NCBI GenBank assembly: GCA_039812465.1
Contig: JBDIAS010000001.1
Span: 16,206-80,205 of the forward strand
DNA from: Austwickia sp.
GTDB taxonomy: Bacteria; Actinomycetota; Actinomycetes; Actinomycetales; Dermatophilaceae
Length of the DNA stretch: 64,000 nucleotides
Reading direction: 5' to 3'
Shown here: in pieces, positions 8,885 to 16,151 of the stretch
How positions within the stretch are numbered: the first letter of the stretch is position 1
Layout: every line of letters begins with the position of its first letter
Notes under the pieces: model-generated
The model's input: the letters and a program-made list of their open reading frames with translations, nothing else
The model's database searches: none
What the model was told of the DNA's origin: nothing
Program-made: the position numbers and the translations under genes

Positions 8885-9934
8885 ATGGCTCGCGTGACCG
8901 ACGACCGCAACGCCCGGACCGACAGCCTCCTCGTGCGCGCCGCGCGCCGCGTCCCCGGCGAGCGGCCCCCGGTGTGGTTCATGCGGCAGGCGGGCCGGTC
9001 GCTCCCGGAGTATCGCGAGCTGCGGGCCGACGTCCCCATGCTCACCGCGTGCCTCGATCCGGCGCTGGTCACCGAGATCACGCTGCAGCCCGTGCGCCGC
9101 CACGGGGTCGACGCGGCGATCCTCTTCAGCGACATCGTCGTCCCGCTGGCGGCCGTCGGGGTGGACGTGGACATCGTGGCCGGGACCGGCCCGGTCGTGG
9201 CCCGTCCGATCCGCCGCCGAGAGGATCTGGCCCAGCTGACCTGTCTCGCCGAGGCTCACGTGAGCGAGGTGGCGCAGGCGGTGCGGCTGCTGGTCGCGGA
9301 GCTGGGCGAGACCCCGCTGATCGGGTTCGCCGGCGCCCCCTTCACGCTGGCCTCCTACCTGGTCGAGGGCGGGCCGAGCCGGACCCTCCAGCACACCAAG
9401 GCCCTCATGCACGGCGACCCGGAGCTGTGGCACGACTTGTGCACGGCGCTGGCCCAGATCGCCGGGGAGTTCCTCGCCGTGCAGGTGCGCGGCGGGGCGA
9501 GCGCGGTGCAGTTGTTCGACAGCTGGGTCGGGGCGCTGCCGCTGGAGGACTACCAGCGGTTCGTGGCGCCCTACTCTGCGGCGGCGCTCGCGGCGGTCGC
9601 CGAGACGGGGGTGCCGCGGATCCACTTCGGCGTCGGTACGGGGGAGCTGCTGGCCGCCATGGGTCAGGTCGGCGCCGAGGTGGTGGGCGTCGACTTCCGG
9701 CTCCGCCTCGACGAGGCGAGCCGCCGGATCGGGCCGGGCTACGCCGTCCAGGGCAACCTCGACCCCGCGCTGCTGTTCGCGCCGTGGCCGGTGATCGAGG
9801 CGCAGGTGCGTCGGATCGTCGCGGAGGGACGGGCCACGCCGGGTCATATCTTCAACCTCGGCCACGGGGTGCTGCCCAGCACCGACGCGGACGTCCTCAC
9901 CAGGGTCGTCGAGCTGGTCCACTCCCTGGGCTGA
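8885..9934 (+). CDS. hemE: Uroporphyrinogen decarboxylase
   Basis: [17 protein letters not shown] and [10 protein letters not shown] are signature HemE motifs. Confidence 0.95.
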   Translation: MARVTDDRNARTDSLLVRAARRVPGERPPVWFMRQAGRSLPEYRELRADVPMLTACLDPALVTEITLQPVRRHGVDAAILFSDIVVPLAAVGVDVDIVAGTGPVVARPIRRREDLAQLTCLAEAHVSEVAQAVRLLVAELGETPLIGFAGAPFTLASYLVEGGPSRTLQHTKALMHGDPELWHDLCTALAQIAGEFLAVQVRGGASAVQLFDSWVGALPLEDYQRFVAPYSAAALAAVAETGVPRIHFGVGTGELLAAMGQVGAEVVGVDFRLRLDEASRRIGPGYAVQGNLDPALLFAPWPVIEAQVRRIVAEGRATPGHIFNLGHGVLPSTDADVLTRVVELVHSLG

Positions 9935-10001
9935 CCGCGCTCCCCGAGGAGGTCGGCGGGGCCGGTGGGCGGGGCTTTGCGCGCTCGCCCAGAATGAGGC
10001 T

Positions 10002-10826
10002 ATGACCGACGCCACGAATCCCTCCAGCGCACCGGACCAGAACGCGGCCGCCCAACCCGTTGCCCCCGCCTCCGGGCCGGCCACCGCTGACGCGAGCCCC
10101 GCCGACGCGAGCGAGACCAGCGACGTACGCAACCTCGATCGCATCCGCGAGCTGAACGAGACCATCCGCTACGCCATGTGGTCGGTGTTCCGTGCGGCCC
10201 GGGCGTTGCCGGCGTCGGACGCCGAGCGGGAGGCGATGGCGGCCGAGGTGAACGGGCTGCTGGAGTCGTTGGCCGAGCAGGACCTGGTGGTGCGCGGCTG
10301 CTATGACGTCGCGGGCCTGCGGGCCGACGCCGACCTGATGTTCTGGTGGCACGCGCCGACGATCGAGGTGGCGCAGCGCGCGTACCAGGGGCTGCGCCGG
10401 ACCCGACTCGGCTCCCACCTGGAGCCCGTCTGGTCCGCGGCGGCGCTGCACCGGCCCGCCGAGTTCAACCGCAGCCACCTGCCGGCGTTCCTCGCCGGGG
10501 AACCGGCCCGCGCGTACGTGTGCGTCTACCCGTTCATCCGCTCGTACGACTGGTATGTGATGGAGGACGCGCAGCGGCGCGCGATGCTGGCCGAGCACGG
10601 CCAGATGGCGCGCGAATACGGCGACGTACGGGCCAACACGATCGCCTCGTTCGCGCTGAACGACTACGAGTGGGTGCTGGCGTTCGAGGCCGACGAACTG
10701 GACCGCATCGTCGACCTGATGCGCCACCTGCGCGGCTCCAAGGCCCGGCTCCACGTCCGCGAGGAGGTGCCGTTCTTCACGGGCCCGCGGCGCGACATGC
10801 AGCAGATCGTGGCCGCCCTGCCCTGA
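10002..10826 (+). CDS. hemQ: Coproheme decarboxylase (chlorite-dismutase-like HemQ/ChdC)
   Basis: YAMWSVF, VCVYPFIRSYDWY and NDYEWVLAFEAD are typical of actinobacterial HemQ. N-terminal Ala/Pro-rich extension. Confidence 0.9.
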   Translation: MTDATNPSSAPDQNAAAQPVAPASGPATADASPADASETSDVRNLDRIRELNETIRYAMWSVFRAARALPASDAEREAMAAEVNGLLESLAEQDLVVRGCYDVAGLRADADLMFWWHAPTIEVAQRAYQGLRRTRLGSHLEPVWSAAALHRPAEFNRSHLPAFLAGEPARAYVCVYPFIRSYDWYVMEDAQRRAMLAEHGQMAREYGDVRANTIASFALNDYEWVLAFEADELDRIVDLMRHLRGSKARLHVREEVPFFTGPRRDMQQIVAALP

Positions 10827-10856
10827 CCCAAATCGCGCCCTGCGCCCCTCGAGTGT

Positions 10857-11288
10857 CTAGTCGTCCTCGACGGGGTGCAGGCGCAGGGAGATCGAGTTGA
10901 TGCAGTACCGCTGGTCGGTCGGCGTGGCGTAGCCCTCCCCCTCGAACACGTGCCCCAGGTGGGATCCGCACGACGCGCAGCGCACCTCGACGCGGCGCAT
11001 CCCGAGCGAGAGGTCCTCCACGTACTCCACCGCCTCCCCGGCGAGCGGCGCGTAGAACGACGGCCAGCCGCAGTGGCTCGCGAATTTGGTCTCGCTGCGG
11101 AAGAGCTCGGCGCCGCAGGCGCGGCACGTGTAGACCCCGACCGCGGTGGTGTCGGTGTATTCACCGACGCCCGGCGGCTCCGTGCCGGCGCGGCGCAACA
11201 CCGCGAACTCCTCCGGCGTCAGCTGCTGCGCCCACTCCTCGTCCGTTCGCTGCACCGCGTAGCTGCCCTCGCGCATCGTGACCTCCAT
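10857..11288 (-). CDS. msrB: Peptide-methionine (R)-S-oxide reductase
   Basis: CRACGAELF ... CGWPSF ... RCASCGSHLGHVF zinc and catalytic motifs. Confidence 0.95.
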   Translation of the reverse strand: MEVTMREGSYAVQRTDEEWAQQLTPEEFAVLRRAGTEPPGVGEYTDTTAVGVYTCRACGAELFRSETKFASHCGWPSFYAPLAGEAVEYVEDLSLGMRRVEVRCASCGSHLGHVFEGEGYATPTDQRYCINSISLRLHPVEDD

Positions 11289-11361
11289 CCCACGTCGCCT
11301 CGCCGGTCCCTGCCGCCGACGATAACCGCTGGGGCTGGGCGCGGCTCGCCGAGGCTTCGGC

Positions 11362-11422
11362 GGTGTGGGCCTACGGTGTGGGCCTACGGTGTGGGCCTAC
11401 GGTGTGGGCCTACGGTGTGGGC
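11362..11422. repeat. 13-bp tandem repeat GGTGTGGGCCTAC x4.7 ending exactly at the ATG of the Prim-Pol gene
   Basis: Copies at 11362, 11375, 11388 and 11401, plus a partial copy at 11414-11422 followed immediately by ATG 11423. Confidence 0.9.
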
Positions 11423-12493
11423 ATGGCCAGCGACGCCACCACCCTGGAGATCCCGGCTCCCGACGGCACCGTGCGCACCGTCCGGCTGTCCAACGCGGAC
11501 AAGCCCGTGTGGCCGGACCCGGGGGACGGCGGGCCGATCACGAAGGCCGACCTCGCCGCGTACGTCATCTCGGTGCAGGACGGTCTGCTGCGCGCGCTGC
11601 GCGACCGTCCCGTCACCCTGCAGCGCTTCCGGGGCGGGGTCGCCGGCGAGGAGTTCTATACCAAGAACCCGCCGCGCGGCGCCCCCGCGTGGATCCGTAC
11701 GGTCATGTGCCGCTACCCGTCCGCACGCTCCCACCCCCAGCTGGTGCTCGACGAGATCGCGGCGGTGGTCTACGCGGTGCAGATGAGCACGGTCACGTTC
11801 CACCCGTGGCCGGTACGGGCGGACGACAACGACCTGGTCGACGAGCTGCGAATCGACCTGGACCCGCAGCCGGGGCGGGACTTCGCCGACGCGGTGGAGG
11901 CGGCCTTGGCGCTGCGGGAGCTGATGGCGGAGCTGGGACTGATGGCGTGGGCCAAGACCAGCGGCAACCGCGGCGTCCACGTCTATGCCCGCATCGCGCG
12001 CACCCACGAGTTCGCGGACGTGCGGCACGCGGTGATCGGCATCGCCCGCGAGCTGGAGCGGCGGCTGCCCGATCTCGTGACCACGGCGTGGTGGAAGGAG
12101 GAGCGGGGGGAGCGGATCTTCGTGGACTACAACCAGGCGGCCCGCGACCGTACGATCGCCTCGGCCTACAGTCCGCGGCCGCTGCCGCACGCGCCGGTCT
12201 CCACCCCGCTGCCGTGGTCAGCCCTGACGGGCGCGGAGCCGGCGGAGTTCACCGTACGGAGCGTGCCGGGGCTGCTCGCCGCGCACGGGGACGCGTGGGC
12301 GGGGATGGACGAGGCGGACTCCGTGGGCTCGATCGAGGCCGCGCTGGGCCTGTGGCAGGCCGATCTGGACCGTGGCCTGGGGGAGCTGAACTTCCCGCCC
12401 GACTATCCGAAGATGCCCGGCGAGCCGCCGCGCGTCCAGCCGAGTAAGAAGAACCCCGACAACTGGGACGGGGACGTCAAGCGCCCCCGGTGA
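11423..12493 (+). CDS. Archaeo-eukaryotic primase-polymerase (stand-alone LigD-Pol / Prim-PolC-like)
   Basis: LRIDLDP, KTSGNRGVHVY and FVDYNQ motifs of LigD polymerase domains. About 356 aa, with no ligase or nuclease domain fused. Confidence 0.85.
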   Translation: MASDATTLEIPAPDGTVRTVRLSNADKPVWPDPGDGGPITKADLAAYVISVQDGLLRALRDRPVTLQRFRGGVAGEEFYTKNPPRGAPAWIRTVMCRYPSARSHPQLVLDEIAAVVYAVQMSTVTFHPWPVRADDNDLVDELRIDLDPQPGRDFADAVEAALALRELMAELGLMAWAKTSGNRGVHVYARIARTHEFADVRHAVIGIARELERRLPDLVTTAWWKEERGERIFVDYNQAARDRTIASAYSPRPLPHAPVSTPLPWSALTGAEPAEFTVRSVPGLLAAHGDAWAGMDEADSVGSIEAALGLWQADLDRGLGELNFPPDYPKMPGEPPRVQPSKKNPDNWDGDVKRPR

Positions 12494-12505
12494 CCGGCGG
12501 GCCGA

Positions 12506-13585
12506 TCACCCCGCGTCCGAGACCAGGACGGCCCCGAGATCGTAGGCGGTCGCCCGCTCGATCTGCTCCAGCGTGCACGAGCGCGGCTCGCGGTCGGGCC
12601 GCCAGCGCAGGAAGGTCACGGCGTGCCGGAAGCGCACCCCCTCCAGCTGGTCGAAGGCCACCTCCACGACGAGCTCCGGGCGCAGCGGGACGTACCCGAC
12701 GTCCTTGGACGAGCTGAACCGGGACCGGTCGGTCTCCGCGTGCGCGACGGCCCCCTCGTCGTCGCGGACGACAAGCGGTTCCAGGAGCGCGATCAGCTCC
12801 CGGCGCATCGCCGCCGTGAAGGCGCCGATGCCGCCGACGTTGCGCAGTTGCCCGCCATCGTCGTAGAGGCCGAGCAGCAGCGACCCGACGCCGGTCCCGG
12901 AGGTGTGGACGCGGTAGCCGACGACCACCGCCTCCGCGGTGCGCTTGTGCTTCACCTTCAGCATCGTGCGCTTCCCGGGGGCGTACGGCGCCGCCCACGG
13001 CTTGGCCACGATCCCATCCAGGCCCGCGCCCTCGAACCGCTCGAACCAGGCCACCGCCTCGTCGCGATCCCTGCTGAGGCGGGTCACGTGCAGGCCGCTG
13101 GTCGCCGGCCACCCGGCGCCTAGCTCCTCGAGCGCGGCTCGGCGAGCCTCGAACGGCTCCTCCAGCAGCCCCGCGTCGCCGAGCGCCAGCAGATCGAAGG
13201 CGACGAACTCCGCGGGCGTCTCCCGGGACAGGCGCTGCACGCGCGACGCGGCCGGGTGGATCCGCGCGCTGATCGCCTCCCACGACAGGCGCTGTGCCCC
13301 GGGCGGCCCGACCCGTACGACCAGCTCCCCGTCGATCGCGCACCGCTGCGGCAGCGTCGCGCGCGCGGCGTCGACCACCTCGGGGAAGTAACGGGTGAGC
13401 GGCCGTTTGCCGCGGCTCGCCAGCTCCACCTCGTCGCCGTCCCTCAGGACGAGGCAGCGGAACCCGTCCCACTTCGGCTCGAACGCTAGCCCGCCCGCCA
13501 CCGCGTCGGGATCGGGCACGTCCGCGACGGCCTTGGCCAGCATCGGCACGAGCGGCAGCGGCAGGGGCAGGTCCATGCCGGCCAT
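12506..13585 (-). CDS. ligC: ATP-dependent DNA ligase, LigC-type (about 359 aa)
   Basis: Adenylation motif FEPKWDGFR, DGELV, LDGIVAK and LKVKHKRT. Only the last 359 codons of the 957-aa ORF are ligase-like. ATG at 13585. Confidence 0.85.
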   Translation of the reverse strand: MAGMDLPLPLPLVPMLAKAVADVPDPDAVAGGLAFEPKWDGFRCLVLRDGDEVELASRGKRPLTRYFPEVVDAARATLPQRCAIDGELVVRVGPPGAQRLSWEAISARIHPAASRVQRLSRETPAEFVAFDLLALGDAGLLEEPFEARRAALEELGAGWPATSGLHVTRLSRDRDEAVAWFERFEGAGLDGIVAKPWAAPYAPGKRTMLKVKHKRTAEAVVVGYRVHTSGTGVGSLLLGLYDDGGQLRNVGGIGAFTAAMRRELIALLEPLVVRDDEGAVAHAETDRSRFSSSKDVGYVPLRPELVVEVAFDQLEGVRFRHAVTFLRWRPDREPRSCTLEQIERATAYDLGAVLVSDAG

Positions 13586-13612
13586 TCTCGCGCCACCTGT
13601 CACGATGAACGC

Positions 13613-14803
13613 GTGGCAGGGGGGCGATGGCGAACGGCCGCGGGGGTGGCGGTCGCGACGACGGGCGTGGGCTGGGTCGCGTCGGCCGGCTGCGTCGGGC
13701 TCGCGGCGTACGTGCTGCGCCGGCTCACCTCCCCCGAGGAGCGGGCTGACGACGTGGTCGTGTACGAGGTCCGGGGCGCGGACGCCGAGGGCGGCCCCGC
13801 GGTGGTCCTGACCGTCACGGAGGAGACGACCGCACCGGGTCGCTACGGACTGTGGCTGCAGGGCGGCGCGGGGCACGCGCGCGTGGGCGAGGTGCGCGCC
13901 GTCGACGCGGCCGCGGGCGAGGTGACCCGGGAGCTGCTGGGGGTGGACGCCGGACGGTTGGAGCCGGGCTCCGCCCGCTGGAACATCTACCACCACGGCG
14001 CCCCGCCGGACGTCTCGCTGGGCCTGGCGTACGAGCCCGTGTGCGTCCCGGGCGAACTCGGCGACTACCCGGGCTGGTGGGTGCCGGGCGACCCCGACGG
14101 CCCGTTGGCCGGTCAGGGTCGCTGCGCGATCCTGGTGCACGGCCGCGGCGCCAGGCTGCACGAGTGCCTGCGCGGGGTGGGGGTCGCGGCCCGCCTCGGG
14201 ATCGCGAGCCTGGTCTGCAGCTACCGCAACGACGAGGGCGCGCCGGCCAGCCCGGACGGGCGGTACGGGCTCGGGCTGTCGGAATGGCGCGACGTGGACG
14301 CAGCGATGGAGTACGCCGTCTCGCGCGGCGCCGCCGGGTTCGACCTCTTCGGCTGGTCCATGGGGGGAGCGACCGTGCTCCAGGCCACCACGCGCTCGCG
14401 GCACGCCCACCGGATCCGCCACGTGGTGCTGGACGCCCCCGTGATCGACTGGGCGGACGTGCTGGCACACCACGTGACGCTCGGCCGGATCCCGGTGGCG
14501 ATCGCCCGGCTGGCCCCGCACGTCCTCCGCTCGCGCGCCGCCGGGCGGCTCGTCGGCGTCGAGGGGCCGGTCGACCTGTCCCGGGCCGACTGGGTCGCTC
14601 GCAGCGACGAGCTGAGCCACCCGGTCCTCCTGATTCATTCCATCGACGACGAATTCGTGCCCGTGGGCCCGTCGCTGGACGTGGCCGCGGCGCGGCCGGA
14701 CCTGATCAGATTCGAACGTTGGGCCGGCGCCCGGCACACCCAGGAGTGGAACACCGACCCGGATCGCTGGGAGCGGCTCGTCGCCGAGTTCCTCGCTGGC
14801 TGA
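13613..14803 (+). CDS. Membrane-anchored alpha/beta hydrolase
   Basis: N-terminal hydrophobic segment, nucleophile elbow GWSMGG, and a C-terminal D...H arrangement. Confidence 0.75.
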   Translation: MAGGRWRTAAGVAVATTGVGWVASAGCVGLAAYVLRRLTSPEERADDVVVYEVRGADAEGGPAVVLTVTEETTAPGRYGLWLQGGAGHARVGEVRAVDAAAGEVTRELLGVDAGRLEPGSARWNIYHHGAPPDVSLGLAYEPVCVPGELGDYPGWWVPGDPDGPLAGQGRCAILVHGRGARLHECLRGVGVAARLGIASLVCSYRNDEGAPASPDGRYGLGLSEWRDVDAAMEYAVSRGAAGFDLFGWSMGGATVLQATTRSRHAHRIRHVVLDAPVIDWADVLAHHVTLGRIPVAIARLAPHVLRSRAAGRLVGVEGPVDLSRADWVARSDELSHPVLLIHSIDDEFVPVGPSLDVAAARPDLIRFERWAGARHTQEWNTDPDRWERLVAEFLAG

Positions 14804-14981
14804 AGGCGTGCCGTCGTTCTCCCGATCCGACCAGCAGCGTCCCGATCTCTGCTCCTCGTTGTTGTCGACGCCGCGTCGGAAACAACTAACACCACCCGAG
14901 GACACCGTCCAAGTGATGTATTCGGTGCGGTGAATGTCCCCGGAGAGGTGTGCGTGTTGCACTGCGGTGCAAAGATGTCCC

Positions 14982-16121
14982 ATGGGCAAAAAGAAGAAGA
15001 AGGGCAAGCAGAAGGACGATGACGGTTCGGCGGCGGCACTCGACGCCGTGACCGACGCGCCGGAGCCGACCCCGACGCCGCCCGACGGCCCTGCGAGGAA
15101 GAAGACGAAGGGGAAGCGGGCGAAGAAGACCGACGCGCCTCCCGGGGAGGCGGCCGACGCAAACCCCGTTCCTGCGACCGGCGTGACCCCCCTCGTCGTG
15201 GTCGAGTCGGCGCCGGCGGATTCGGGAGAACCCGCGCCGACGAAGCGCTCGAAGGAACCGGACCACCCGCGCGCGTCCGAGGATCTGACCGAGGCCATCC
15301 GGGAGGCGCTCCGGATGCGGCCGGGGCTGCAGCTCACGGACATCGACCCCTCCGGCACCCCTGCCTTCGACGGGGACAAGAAGGACGCCGAGGCGGTGAT
15401 GGCCGACCGGGCCGACGAGATCGCCGACTGGCAGGAACGGCTCTACGCCGAGTCGAAGGAGGGTGGCACGCGCAGCCTGCTCCTGGTCGTGCAGGGCATG
15501 GACACCTCGGGCAAGGGCGGCATCATGCGCCACGTCGTCGGCCTGCTGGACCCGCAGGGCGTGGATATCACCGCGTTCAAGGCCCCGACCAAGGAGGAGC
15601 GCTCGCACCCGTTCCTCTGGCGCATTCGCCGGGCGCTGCCCGCGCCGGGCAAGGTGGGCGTCTTCGACCGATCCCAGTACGAGGACGTGCTCATCGTCCG
15701 CGTGCGGAACCTCGTGCCGAGCTCCACCTGGAGCCGCCGTTACGGGCAGATCAACACCTTCGAGCAGACGACGGTCCGCCAGGGCACCGCGATCGCCAAG
15801 GTGATGCTCCACATCAGCAGCGAGGAACAGAAGCGGCGCCTGGGCGAGCGCCTGGCACGCCCCGACAAGTACTGGAAGTTCAACCCCGGGGACGTCGACG
15901 AGCGCGCCCACTGGGACGATTACCAGGTCGCCTACCAGGCCGTCCTGGATCGAACGAACACGCAGCACGCACCCTGGTACGTCGTGCCCGCGAACGAGAA
16001 GTGGTACGCGCGCCTGGCGGTGCAGCACATCCTCCTGGGCGAGCTACGCGCCCTGAACCCCCAGTGGCCGGCGGCAAGGTTCGACGTCGCCGAGCAGCAG
16101 GCGCGCCTCGCGGCCACCTGA
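14982..16121 (+). CDS. ppk2: Polyphosphate kinase 2 family protein with a lysine-rich N-terminal extension of about 105 aa
   Basis: Core LLLVVQGMDTSGKGG (Walker A), FDRSQYEDVLIVRV and WYVVPANEKWYARL. N-terminus MGKKKKKGKQKDDD...RKKTKGKRAKK. Confidence 0.85.
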   Translation: MGKKKKKGKQKDDDGSAAALDAVTDAPEPTPTPPDGPARKKTKGKRAKKTDAPPGEAADANPVPATGVTPLVVVESAPADSGEPAPTKRSKEPDHPRASEDLTEAIREALRMRPGLQLTDIDPSGTPAFDGDKKDAEAVMADRADEIADWQERLYAESKEGGTRSLLLVVQGMDTSGKGGIMRHVVGLLDPQGVDITAFKAPTKEERSHPFLWRIRRALPAPGKVGVFDRSQYEDVLIVRVRNLVPSSTWSRRYGQINTFEQTTVRQGTAIAKVMLHISSEEQKRRLGERLARPDKYWKFNPGDVDERAHWDDYQVAYQAVLDRTNTQHAPWYVVPANEKWYARLAVQHILLGELRALNPQWPAARFDVAEQQARLAAT

Positions 16122-16151
16122 CACGCGCGCCACGCGGGGCTCAGCCGAGGG

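Noticed and set aside
11423-13585. Canonical Ku-LigD NHEJ operon
   Set aside because: No Ku-like ORF occurs in the window. The ligase and polymerase are separate genes of LigC/Prim-PolC size.
12506-15379. 957-aa ORF that might suggest a giant multidomain ligase
   Set aside because: Only the C-terminal 359 codons (from ATG 13585) resemble an ATP-dependent ligase. The upstream part is antisense to the plus-strand alpha/beta hydrolase and PPK2 genes and has no motifs.
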